Shown here piece after piece: positions 54,461 to 63,703 of a stretch of 64,000 nucleotides of DNA; position 1 is the stretch's first letter; each line of letters starts with the position of its first letter. The notes beneath the pieces are model-generated. The model did no database searches and was not told the origin of the DNA. It saw only the letters and a list, made by a program, of their open reading frames with translations. Both the position numbers and the translations under genes were made by a program. This DNA is from Nitrospirota bacterium (GTDB taxonomy: Bacteria; Nitrospirota; UBA9217). The stretch spans positions 1,694,702 to 1,758,701 of the forward strand of contig CAVTRN010000001.1 in assembly GCA_963737155.1 (NCBI GenBank), given 5' to 3'.

Positions 54461-54620
54461 TTTCTTTCCCCTTTGCCTTGCGTTTAGCTTCCCGTGCGGC
54501 TACCATTGCCCTTGCTTGTTCTGGAGTAAGGATGCGGCGAGACTTGCTACCACCCTTTGATGCCAGATGTTTGGCTATTGCCTTGTCGCTGATTTTGCTA
54601 CCGCACTTAGGACACTTCAT
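54450..54620 (-). CDS. 56-aa basic protein upstream of the transposase
   Basis: MKCPKCGSKISDKAIAKHLASKGGSKSRRILTPEQARAMVAAREAKRK...; overlaps the transposase start. Confidence 0.6.
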   Translation of the reverse strand: MKCPKCGSKISDKAIAKHLASKGGSKSRRILTPEQARAMVAAREAKRKAKGKENER

Positions 54621-54822
54621 CTCGCTTCCCTTTCTTATGAAATAAGCATATCATAAGCGGTTACGTTTGTCAAGGGGTAATAAATTATTTTTCTGGGAAG
54701 ATTGACCACCCTTATAACATATGCTACTGTTCAATGTATTGGATACGATAATATGCAAAGAGATAAAATAAGCCAGACCACAACAAAAATAATTCCCATG
54801 ATATAGGGCCAAGGAGAAACAT

Positions 54823-55461
54823 ATGTCCTTTTTATCTTTTTTTGACATTTCTCTTCCGACTGCAAACAAGCTTTATGCATGGGGCTGGAAAGCCTCCCTT
54901 TTTGGTGCCTCTATAACGCTTATAGGCGTTATCCTTTTGATGTGGAGCACGAGGGTTCGTGACCATGATTTTGAATCACAAATAGGACAATTAAATGTTT
55001 CCGCATCAAAAGCAAATGAGCGCACAGCGATTTTAGAAAAAAGTAATCTTGAATTACAAACCATACTGGAGCGAGAACGCATTGCGAGGTTAAAACTTGA
55101 AGCACAAATCGCACCAAGAAGCTTAGCATCATCCCAACACGATGCTTTAGTTAAGGCTTTAACCGCAGTATCACAGCCGTTTATCATAAGTATAACATTA
55201 ATCGGAGACCGAGAAGCCGAAATGTACGGAAAACAGGTTGTCTCTTCACTACAAGAGGCTAACGCACAAGTACAGATAAACCACATAGGCATAATTTCTC
55301 CACCACGGTACGGCATTCAAATAACACTACAAGCAAATAGCACTAAGTCTTTGTCGTTTAAAAATGCATTTGAACAAGCAAATATTCCCATAATTTATTC
55401 ATTTGGGGATACGGGTAAATTCGATGCAATAATTTTCATCGGACTTAAACCAATTAAATAA
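54823..55461 (+). CDS. IS1595 passenger: membrane-anchored coiled-coil protein
   Basis: AGGAG RBS; one TM helix, coiled coil, APRSL and an alpha/beta C-terminal domain. Confidence 0.75.
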   Translation: MSFLSFFDISLPTANKLYAWGWKASLFGASITLIGVILLMWSTRVRDHDFESQIGQLNVSASKANERTAILEKSNLELQTILERERIARLKLEAQIAPRSLASSQHDALVKALTAVSQPFIISITLIGDREAEMYGKQVVSSLQEANAQVQINHIGIISPPRYGIQITLQANSTKSLSFKNAFEQANIPIIYSFGDTGKFDAIIFIGLKPIK

Positions 55462-55541
55462 TATCCCCTATAATTCCTCTAACTTATTATTATGCGTTAT
55501 TTCCATTGCTGAAGTTTATTTTTGCATCGGTCTCCGAACAT

Positions 55542-56402
55542 ATGAAACCAATGAATATTATCCTTGCTTACGTCTATATCAACAGTAGGGGCAAATTGGG
55601 TCAAGCTACCAGTCCTCTTGTCGATTTCAAAAATCGTTCCCATGCTTTCAATTCTTATGTATTTTATTTCTTTATAATCTCCATGCTCTTGTTTACTTCG
55701 ACTGCTTATTGCACTACAATCGTTATTGTTAGGGAAACAAACCAAATTATAGTTGCGGCAGATAGTGGTAAAACAACTTTCTCCACTGTTGGGGATAACA
55801 AGAGAGTGGTTCCGGCATGCAAAATTGAACAAAACGGTTCGTTTTTCTTCGTTACGGCTGGCCTTGTATATGGACCGGACTTTAACGCTCTTAATATTAT
55901 CCATCAAATTAAAGCACGAACTATTTCTGATGCTATCAAGCAATTTGAAAGCATTATCTATACACCTCTCTCTATTGACCTGTCGAAATTGGCGCAACTT
56001 AACATTGAAAACTTGCCCGATTTCCATGTTTGTTTTTTTGGGTTTGAAAACGGGCAAGCTCATGTTCACTGTAGAAGTTGGTTCTTGAAAAAAGATAGCG
56101 ATAGTAAGTTCGTTCTTACCGAAGACCCACCGTGGGATTGTCCAGGAAATAATTGTCAGGCATACAATCCCAACAAATGGCAAATACAATTTCTGGGATT
56201 TCCGGAAGAAAGCAGTGAATACTTCGCCACTCACAAGGAAGAACTTAGGAAAGCCCAACCTGCTATTATTGCGCGTAAGTTGGTTCAAATGGAAATTGAA
56301 GCACATCCTAAAGAAACGAGTGAGCCTATTGTAATTCTTAAACTTGATCCCTTCGAAGCCGAATGGATTGACAATGATAATATTTGCCCACCACTGAAAT
56401 AA
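55542..56402 (+). CDS. IS1595 passenger: exported proteasome-beta/HslV-like Ntn-hydrolase candidate (start codon uncertain)
   Basis: Hydrophobic leader, then AYC|TTIVIVR...IIVAADS...CKI...FVTAG. Confidence 0.65.
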   Translation: MKPMNIILAYVYINSRGKLGQATSPLVDFKNRSHAFNSYVFYFFIISMLLFTSTAYCTTIVIVRETNQIIVAADSGKTTFSTVGDNKRVVPACKIEQNGSFFFVTAGLVYGPDFNALNIIHQIKARTISDAIKQFESIIYTPLSIDLSKLAQLNIENLPDFHVCFFGFENGQAHVHCRSWFLKKDSDSKFVLTEDPPWDCPGNNCQAYNPNKWQIQFLGFPEESSEYFATHKEELRKAQPAIIARKLVQMEIEAHPKETSEPIVILKLDPFEAEWIDNDNICPPLK

Positions 56403-56530
56403 ACTCAGGAGAGAGATGATGGCGAGGGAGTTAACTATATAATTCCCCAAATATTTGTCCCCGATGATATTGCAATGCATTTTAACTTGTAACCTCTGTT
56501 CTTACCACGATCATTATAAAGGAGTTCTCC

Positions 56531-57019
56531 ATGGATCTGTGTCCTTGCGGTTCAAAGCTACCCTATGCTGAATGCTGTGCTCCCCGGATTTCCGGCGTAC
56601 AACCGGCCACAACGGCTGAGCAGTTGATGCGTTCCCGGTACAGCGCCTACGTTAAAAAGGAATTGGATTACCTCCTTTCCTCCCTCCATCCGGATTATCG
56701 GGCTGATTATGATGAGAAAAGCAGCCGCGCTTGGTCGGAGCGCTCTCAATGGCACGGAATCGAGATCCTTAAAACAACAGATGGCAGACCTGAGGATCAG
56801 AAAGGTAAAGTGGAATTTTCCGTGTATTTTACGGAGAACGGGGTCAGACAGGAACACCACGAATTATCTACCTTTCAGAAAGAAGATGGCCGGTGGTATT
56901 TTACTACGGGGAAAGTGCTACCTCCTCGGCAGGTTGTTCGGTCAACGCCCAAAGCCGGCAGGAACGATCCCTGTCCCTGCGGCAGCGGGAAAAAGGTCAA
57001 AAGGTGCTGCGGGCAGTGA
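56531..57019 (+). CDS. ychJ: YchJ family protein with SEC-C motifs
   Basis: CPCGS...[20 protein letters not shown] and [16 protein letters not shown]. Confidence 0.92.
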   Translation: MDLCPCGSKLPYAECCAPRISGVQPATTAEQLMRSRYSAYVKKELDYLLSSLHPDYRADYDEKSSRAWSERSQWHGIEILKTTDGRPEDQKGKVEFSVYFTENGVRQEHHELSTFQKEDGRWYFTTGKVLPPRQVVRSTPKAGRNDPCPCGSGKKVKRCCGQ

Positions 57020-57374
57020 GCGCGCTCCCCACCACCACACAGCATCCCATGCTGCTGAGCGTCGAAGATGCGCGTGATGGCCAATTCATCTTTATTTTTT
57101 CTTTGAGTTACCATAATGGCGTCTCCTTTTTTTGTCACGGTATTTCCCCCTGTTCTTTAATTAAATTATATCATTCCATGGAACTCGCACTTGAATGTGA
57201 TGAAAGATCCATGAAGCAGCGATGAAAGGAGCGCCGGAATATAGTATCAGCATTTTGAGACCCACTCCATTTGTCCCCTCCCAGTTAGAGTTCATATTAT
57301 GATACTTTCCCCTCCTTGACACAATGAGATTCCCTTGATATACAATAAAAATGGGAAGTAAAAGGAGGTGTATT

Positions 57375-57809
57375 ATGACCGAAGAAGGGAAAAATGTTCA
57401 AATCGTGAGGGACATGTTTGCAGCTTTTGACAGGGGTGATTTGAAGTCCTTGTTAAACTTCGTTGCGGATAAGGTCGAATGGAGGGCACCCGTAACGAAC
57501 GACATCTCCGGCCCGATCGTGTGGGCGAAGCCGAGGCGAACGAAGCCGGAAGTTGAATCTTTTTTCAAGGAATATCTGGAGAATATAAAACCCATTGAGA
57601 TGAAACCTCTGCGAGTCACGGCTAAGGACGACCGCGTTATCGTTGAGGGTACGGAGCGCAGTAGGGTGATTTCCACGGGCAGCGAATACCATGTTAGCTG
57701 GGTGATGCTGTTTACTCTTAAGAACGGTCTAGTTACTCTGTTCGACAACTACTTGGATACGTCCGATGTTCTGAAGGCGCTAGGGATGACATTACGCAAG
57801 GCGGCATGA
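57375..57809 (+). CDS. NTF2/SnoaL-like protein
   Basis: NVQIVRDMFAAF.RGD...DDRVIVEG...YLDT. Confidence 0.88.
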   Translation: MTEEGKNVQIVRDMFAAFDRGDLKSLLNFVADKVEWRAPVTNDISGPIVWAKPRRTKPEVESFFKEYLENIKPIEMKPLRVTAKDDRVIVEGTERSRVISTGSEYHVSWVMLFTLKNGLVTLFDNYLDTSDVLKALGMTLRKAA

Positions 57810-57844
57810 GACTATTGACACATTAAGAACTATGCCCCCAGAAG

Positions 57845-57882
57845 AGGGGATATCGGGCTGACATCGATATCCCCTGTTTTTT
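57845..57882 (+). terminator. Rho-independent terminator
   Basis: AGGGGATATCG...CGATATCCCCT followed by a T run. Confidence 0.8.
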
Positions 57883-57920
57883 GGGTATGCCAGACATGGT
57901 GAAAGTAAACCTGACACTTA

Positions 57921-58164
57921 CCGTTCCTAAAAACATAGTATTTTATTTCTCATAACTATGACGGCAGCCGAACAGTGCTGCTGCCGGTTAACGTCAGGGA
58001 TTCCCGCCCTGATTCGCCCAAGTCCCGTTGTTTGCTGATCGGGATTGTTTCTGGCGCCTTTTCAGCAAGACTGCTGCTGGCAGGTGGCCCGGAGAATTGC
58101 GCTGTCGACGGGATGATGGCTTCTTCTGCAATTCAGCGCAGCCTGGGGAGTCCTGTAAGGACCG
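57921..58164 (-). ncRNA. Predicted TnpB omega-RNA scaffold overlapping the tnpB 3' end
   Basis: Position at the right end; stems GAATTGC/GCAATTC and CGGCAGC/GCTGCCG; boundaries taken from the second copy. Confidence 0.65.
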
Positions 58165-59682
58165 TCGTTGGTAGAGACTGTGATGATTTCCACAACCTCC
58201 CCGAGTCTTCATCTTGCTCCAAAACTTCCAGATGTGCTCCTCTCGATTCCTTGCAGGTAGAGGGGAGGCGGTTCTGCCTGGTATGGGAGACTCGGAATAT
58301 CCTTGAACTCTTCTCGCGATCGCAAGCGCCGCTGCTTCATGCGGCGAGATGCCATGAATAGACATATAATTGTTTCTGCCGATAACGGATGTGTAAGCAG
58401 GATTCACGGAGAGCACACCGGCGCCTGCCTTAAATGCTCTGCGGTCAAGCATGTTTAAAAAGGTCGAATAGGCGAACCCGGACAGCATCCGCGCATACGT
58501 TACTCCCTGTTCCTTAAGAGATGCTTTCTTCTTTTCGAAGTCAAGAGTTTCATGAGCGACGGGTTTCCCTGTTTTAATTGACCGGTCGATAATGCCGACG
58601 CAGATATCACCGTAAGTTGCCTCGGTCTGTTCCGTGGATCTGTCTTTTATACATGCAGCATACGTTGTGTGCCAGACAAGATTGCCGAACCGGTCAGTCT
58701 CGGAAACAGCAATCTCTTTTTCGTTTGCATCTACGCCAATACATCCGATTTCTTGCGGTTTCCCGGTAATTATTTCTCTTTGGGGGATATCAACTGAAGA
58801 ATACAGATACCAACCCTTCTCGCCACGGACAAACCGGTGGGTGATTGCCTGGCCGCGCGGGAGTGCCTGCTCAATATATTCCTGCCCGTAAGGATATGTT
58901 ACGGTAGGCACCATGATGTGTTTACCGTATTTTTTGGCAAGATAGTTTGGGACCCGTATCCTGAGCGACCCGTCGATGCCAAGCGTGCAGGTCTGGTTGC
59001 CGGCCGTTTCATCCTTCGATCCCAGGCAAAACGATGAAGAGCTTCGGGCAGCCTTCCAGGCAGACAGCCAGTTATTGTGGGATTTATAATCGTTTTCAGA
59101 AAGGCTGAACTGCTTGTGGAAAAGTTTCTTTGTCCCAAAGCAAATCCTGATTCGGCCTTTGTCCAAATCGTATTTCAGCTTTTCCAGTTTCTGCACCGAT
59201 GAATGGAGCGTCCGTTTTTTGTTGTGGACCGCAAAACGGAGAGAATCCACGCTGGTCGTTTTCTCATATTCGGACAATTCCGTGTCTTTGCGTATGTCAA
59301 TGATACTGTTCTCTCTGGTTTTAATCCATTTTCTCGCAGATTTTATTTTGTGCTCGAGCTTTTCAATCCGTAGTTTTAATACCTCAACCGCGGAGCTGAT
59401 ATTGCCGTCAAGATCGTAGCGGATAGCGTTAAACTGCCGGGCGGTGATACCATACCTGACAAGATACTCATTTTTGAATGAAATGGGTTTGTTGCCGGAA
59501 CGAACGCTGTCTTTAAAGAGAGAGCGTTTGATGTGCCCGTATGAGTCGCCGATATCGTCAAGAACATGATAAAGAGACTTCTTTGTGTCCAGGTAAGACA
59601 TGTCAATCAGCAAAGTTTGAGCGGTAAAAGAAAGTGCTTCACTTTTGCCGCTCTTGCCCATTTTATCCTTATTACTTGCCAT
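57994..59682 (-). CDS. tnpB: TnpB-like RuvC protein, zinc-finger-less variant
   Basis: IGVDAN (RuvC-I), AHETLDF (RuvC-II), VNPAYTSVIG...GISPHEAAALAIARR. Confidence 0.9.
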   Translation of the reverse strand: MASNKDKMGKSGKSEALSFTAQTLLIDMSYLDTKKSLYHVLDDIGDSYGHIKRSLFKDSVRSGNKPISFKNEYLVRYGITARQFNAIRYDLDGNISSAVEVLKLRIEKLEHKIKSARKWIKTRENSIIDIRKDTELSEYEKTTSVDSLRFAVHNKKRTLHSSVQKLEKLKYDLDKGRIRICFGTKKLFHKQFSLSENDYKSHNNWLSAWKAARSSSSFCLGSKDETAGNQTCTLGIDGSLRIRVPNYLAKKYGKHIMVPTVTYPYGQEYIEQALPRGQAITHRFVRGEKGWYLYSSVDIPQREIITGKPQEIGCIGVDANEKEIAVSETDRFGNLVWHTTYAACIKDRSTEQTEATYGDICVGIIDRSIKTGKPVAHETLDFEKKKASLKEQGVTYARMLSGFAYSTFLNMLDRRAFKAGAGVLSVNPAYTSVIGRNNYMSIHGISPHEAAALAIARRVQGYSESPIPGRTASPLPARNREEHIWKFWSKMKTRGGCGNHHSLYQRRSLQDSPGCAELQKKPSSRRQRNSPGHLPAAVLLKRRQKQSRSANNGTWANQGGNP

Positions 59683-60238
59683 TTTCCATGGCCTCCAGAG
59701 CTTTTTTTGCTTTATTGGCCGCTGACCGGCGTCCGTAGAGCCTTGCGCAAAACGATGTCAATACTTCAATCATGTCCAGCACCAGATCGTCCTTTAGCTC
59801 GGTCTGGTCTACAATAATAAGTTGACGACCATGAGCTCGAAGTGCCGATTCTACATACTCAGATCCAAACCGCATAAGCCGGTCACGATGCAAGGCGACA
59901 ATAATACTGACGTTGGAGTCGGCAAGCAGCTTCATGAGTTTTGGCCTGTGCCCATTAAGACCAGATCCAACCTCAGACACCGCTTTTGAAACTGACAACC
60001 CTTTGGAAGCGGCATATACGGAAAGCCGCCCGAGCTGCCCGTCCAGGTCTTTCTTTTGGTCATGACTGGATACCCGGGCATAAATAGCAACAGAACCTTG
60101 GGCAGTTTTCTGCTCTTTTATAATGATGGTTCCGGTAGGCATCTGCTCAGCCTCAACCGGCAGCTTGCCAGCCTTCCACCATTTCCATGCCGCTTGATAG
60201 GTTATACCTTGTTGCTTTGCCCATACGCTTAGCTTCAT
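59672..60238 (-). CDS. tnpA: IS607 serine recombinase TnpA
   Basis: N-terminal HTH; YARVSS, EVGSGLN, DRLMRFG and SFCARLYG.RS. Confidence 0.96.
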   Translation of the reverse strand: MKLSVWAKQQGITYQAAWKWWKAGKLPVEAEQMPTGTIIIKEQKTAQGSVAIYARVSSHDQKKDLDGQLGRLSVYAASKGLSVSKAVSEVGSGLNGHRPKLMKLLADSNVSIIVALHRDRLMRFGSEYVESALRAHGRQLIIVDQTELKDDLVLDMIEVLTSFCARLYGRRSAANKAKKALEAMENGK

Positions 60239-60348
60239 AAATACGTAATATCATATAAAATTATATTATACAATATAAATATTAACAGTATTCCACCTTA
60301 CGAAGTTCATCGAATTTGCAGCACCGACTTGATTCCGCTATTCAAGGC

Positions 60349-60660
60349 TTAAGCAGCTTTGGCCTTTAGTTCCGTCATATGGACCACTACATCGCCTTCT
60401 GTGATCTCAACGGGTCCGACGATTAAGCCAGCTAGATTTTTCTTGACCCAATCGGCAGCCGTTCTATTGGATTCTTCCGCACCGGCCCTGGTATCGAAAA
60501 CGCTGAGAGATGCCCAATAATCAGCCCCCGCATCTATACCGTAATAGTCTATAAACCCACGGAGCCCGCTGATTAAAGGTACAAACTCGTTTTTAACCAG
60601 CCTGTTCAGCCTTTCCTTTTCGCCAGTTTTTATTTTATAACGACGAATACTTGCGAACAT
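60349..60660 (-). CDS. ABM-like dimeric alpha/beta-barrel protein
   Basis: MFASIRRY...GFIDYY...SVF...AEESN..AADWV. Confidence 0.75.
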   Translation of the reverse strand: MFASIRRYKIKTGEKERLNRLVKNEFVPLISGLRGFIDYYGIDAGADYWASLSVFDTRAGAEESNRTAADWVKKNLAGLIVGPVEITEGDVVVHMTELKAKAA

Positions 60661-61059
60661 AATCATTTCTCCTTTCTTTGCATGTTGTAACGATGAAGGC
60701 TCTCAATAAAAAAGTGAAACCCCAAATCAATCACTTCACGGCAAGCTAACCCGTTGTTATCGCATTCCTGCCGGAAGGCCCAGCTTTTTCAAGAATCTAT
60801 TATAAATAAATTATACTATCATAAAGAAATCGATTTATTTCTAAGGCAATAGAGTGATCATACTAAATTATTCTTTATGATTTGTCATATCAACGTGGTC
60901 ACACTTCATTGCGAAATTTATTGTATCTCATTTATGTTCAAAGAAGCAAAATTTCATATGTGCGAACGGACACATGCTGCATGTCGTATTCCGCCGGAAG
61001 GATTTCAGGGGAACAGCCGTATGCAGGAAATAAAGTTCCCTTTGCTCGTATCATGAGCA

Positions 61060-62751
61060 TCATATCTGTTTAATCGGGAAGAGCACATCGAATGTCGTAC
61101 CGATTCCTACCTTGCTGTCTACCCGGATGAAGCCGTCGTGGTCATCCACGACCTTCTTGGTAATCGAAAGGCCCAACCCCGTGCCCTTCAGAAGCAGTTT
61201 TGTCGTAAAAAAGGGCTCAAAAATCTTTTTGATGTTCTCGGATTCTATGCCAGAGCCAGTGTCCCTTATTGTTGCGCGCACGAAGGAATTCTCTCCCTTT
61301 TTCTCAATGTCCGTGGTGACTGCAAGCGAGCCTCCCTGTGCCATTGCATCGACAGCATTGGACAGCAGATTTTCCATCACCTGGAGCAGTTGTTCCCTGT
61401 TCCCTGTAATCAGGGGAACGTTTCTGTAATCCCTGATGATCGTGATTGACTTCTCCCTGCAGATGTCATCATACATAGTCAGTGCTCTCTCGATTATTTC
61501 CTTAATATTGCAATCCTCCCGCTTGTTGGCATCATGCCGCGAGAACAGGAGAACATTCTGCAATACGTTCTCCAGACGTACTGCTTCGGTATAAATTAAA
61601 CCCGCGTATTTTTTTTCTTGTGTCCCTTCAGGAAGCTTGACCATCAACCTGTTTGCGAACCCGCCGATCGCAGTCAAGGGATTTTTGATCGTGTGCGAAA
61701 CGTTGGCAGTGATCCTCCCCAAGGCCGCGAGTTTTTCCGTTTCCGCGAGCTGTTCCCGGAGGCTGTTTTTTTCCATCTCAGTATGATGTCGTTCAATGAG
61801 GCTTGCAAGCGAATTCGCGATTGCAGCGAGAAACTCCTCCTCCTCGGGAATGCGCTGGTGTCCCTCCTTCACAGCCACATTGATCAACCCGAGAGGCCTC
61901 TTTCCGAAGACGATAGGAGCGCAATACTGTGCTGTGCTCCCCGCCGTAGCAAACTGAATTTCGTCTAGCTCATAAAGACAATTGGGGGATATGATCTGGC
62001 AGGTCGCCGCCTGCGTCCTGTCCATACCCTCACCAAGCGGAAGGTAGTGGCAAACCGCAGTCTGTGACACAGAAAATCCATGCATGGCCTTCAGGACGAG
62101 GGTGTTATCCTCATGCTCGACGAGGTAAATGCTTCCTCGCGCATGGGATCCAAAACTCGGAAGTGTGATGATCAGGTCGAGTACCCTGCTTAACTGCTCT
62201 TCAAGCGGAACAGCTTCCAGAGAAATTTTCAAAACCGAACTGATGGCTTTTTGTATCTGGTAATTCAAGTCGAGCTCGCGTTCGGTTTTCATTCGCTCCG
62301 TTATGTCCCGTATGGTTGCCATGGCAGCCAGTTCGTTACCGGCCATGAAAAAACCCAAGCTGATATCGACGGGGAATTCCGTACCGTCTTTACGCAGACC
62401 GAACAGTTCCAACCCTGTTCCCATAGGGCGGATACGGGGTCGGGCGAGAAATTCTGAAACATTCTTCCGATGGCGGGCGCGAAACCTTGCCGGCATCAGG
62501 ATTTCAAGATTTCTGCCCTGAAGTTCGTCATTCTCGTAGCCGAAGAGCTTTTCCAACTGGGCGTTAACCTTCACGATCCTGCCAGTACGGTTGATGATGA
62601 TCATTGCATCAGGAAGAGACATGAGGAGCTTTTCATAGTGACTGAATAGTTGGCGTATCTCTTCGCCGCCTTCAGCGCTCCCTACATGATCCCTCTCCCC
62701 TGTTTCAGCCTTTTTTATCAGGCATTCACTTGTGGTACAGATCTCCGACAT
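61060..62751 (-). CDS. PAS/GAF sensor histidine kinase
   Basis: PAS (RKDGTEFPVDISL), GAF, H-box VSHTIKNPL, NLLSNA, DTGSGI and GTGLGL. Confidence 0.93.
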   Translation of the reverse strand: MSEICTTSECLIKKAETGERDHVGSAEGGEEIRQLFSHYEKLLMSLPDAMIIINRTGRIVKVNAQLEKLFGYENDELQGRNLEILMPARFRARHRKNVSEFLARPRIRPMGTGLELFGLRKDGTEFPVDISLGFFMAGNELAAMATIRDITERMKTERELDLNYQIQKAISSVLKISLEAVPLEEQLSRVLDLIITLPSFGSHARGSIYLVEHEDNTLVLKAMHGFSVSQTAVCHYLPLGEGMDRTQAATCQIISPNCLYELDEIQFATAGSTAQYCAPIVFGKRPLGLINVAVKEGHQRIPEEEEFLAAIANSLASLIERHHTEMEKNSLREQLAETEKLAALGRITANVSHTIKNPLTAIGGFANRLMVKLPEGTQEKKYAGLIYTEAVRLENVLQNVLLFSRHDANKREDCNIKEIIERALTMYDDICREKSITIIRDYRNVPLITGNREQLLQVMENLLSNAVDAMAQGGSLAVTTDIEKKGENSFVRATIRDTGSGIESENIKKIFEPFFTTKLLLKGTGLGLSITKKVVDDHDGFIRVDSKVGIGTTFDVLFPIKQI

Positions 62752-62891
62752 GATCCGAAGCCTCTTCAGGGTAAAAATAATCCTCCTTTATAATATACCA
62801 CCTTTATTGTCCTGTATCATCATGGTTGTCAAAAACCGGGATCAATAAAAGCAGACGAAGCTTTATTTCGGACAAAATTAAACTTGCTATT

Positions 62892-62999
62892 CCACGCAGC
62901 TTGCTGCGTGGTCACCTTATAGAGGGAAGAGTAAGAGAAACCGCAGGTTTCTCAGTTGAAAATCTTTCCTTTATACCCCGTCAGCTTGCTGCGGGGTAT
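62892..62999. repeat. Short element bounded by two related CAGC-TT-GCTG hairpins (PATE/REP-like)
   Basis: CCACGCAGCTTGCTGCGTGG ... GAGAAACCGCAGGTTTCTC ... ATACCCCGTCAGCTTGCTGCGGGGTAT. Confidence 0.6.
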
Positions 63000-63244
63000 T
63001 GATTAAGATCGGGGAAAAATTATTCTCAAAAGACGGCTTTACCGGGACGAAAGCGGTGATAAGCACATTCAAGCTTATTTTCAGCGCGGGATGCTATGCA
63101 CAAAACATTAGATTTAGGTCATCCCGGCCATTCAGGCGTGAACCTCTCTTCTCTTGACTATTGCTCTTTAATTGCTTAAACTGCCAACATACGTGTTGAT
63201 TCATCATAAAGTTTGAATTCGAAAGCAATAGAGTAAAATAAGTT

Positions 63245-63703
63245 ATGTCCGATACTTCCGCTATTATCCGTTGCTCTAATTGTCTGATCTTGAACCGTGT
63301 TCCTCAGGCGAAACTCCGGGATAGTCCCGTCTGTGGTAATTGCAAGGAAAATCTCCACATACCGTCCGAGCCGCTTTTCGCGAAACAGGAGAGTCTTGAC
63401 CGCTCGATCGCACACTGGGCTGAAACACTCCTCCTTGAATTCACCGCCCCCATGTGCCTCTACTGCAAAATATTTGAACCCGTGGTGAACAATTTGGCGC
63501 GGGAGCGTGCAGGAAAGCTGAAGGTCATGAAAGTTGACATCGATTCGGACGTTTATCTGGCCGAGCGGTTCAAGATAGAAAAAACACCCACCTTTATTGT
63601 CTATCGAAACGGTGTGGAACTCATCCGGGTTGATGGCGCGCCAAAGGAAAAAACTGATCTGGTTAAATGGGTGGACAACCTCATCAATTTCTCGGCTCTC
63701 TGA
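63245..63703 (+). CDS. Thioredoxin 2-like protein with a zinc ribbon and an atypical active site
   Basis: CSNC...NRVP...CGNC; APMCLYC; TPTF. Confidence 0.85.
   Translation: MSDTSAIIRCSNCLILNRVPQAKLRDSPVCGNCKENLHIPSEPLFAKQESLDRSIAHWAETLLLEFTAPMCLYCKIFEPVVNNLARERAGKLKVMKVDIDSDVYLAERFKIEKTPTFIVYRNGVELIRVDGAPKEKTDLVKWVDNLINFSAL

Larger units (their letters stand above)
53417..56447 (-). mobile_element. IS1595-family transposon with passenger genes
   Basis: 23-bp perfect IR GGGAATTATATAGTTAACTCCCT; 8-bp TSD CAAATATT at 53409-53416 and 56448-56455. Confidence 0.93.
57921..60294 (-). mobile_element. IS607-family element (serine recombinase TnpA plus TnpB)
   Basis: Overlapping tnpA-tnpB. Inferred GG ends: right ...TTTTTAGGAACGG (57921); left GG at 60294, or alternatively 60297. 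Confidence 0.85.

Noticed and set aside
55497-56480. 327-aa minus-strand ORF
   Set aside because: Antisense to the Ntn-like gene, crosses the IS boundary, and has no motifs.
57016-57114. SRPBCC-like N-terminus MVTQRKNKDELAITRIFDA on the minus strand
   Set aside because: Too short (~19 residues) to support as a feature; probably a deletion scar.
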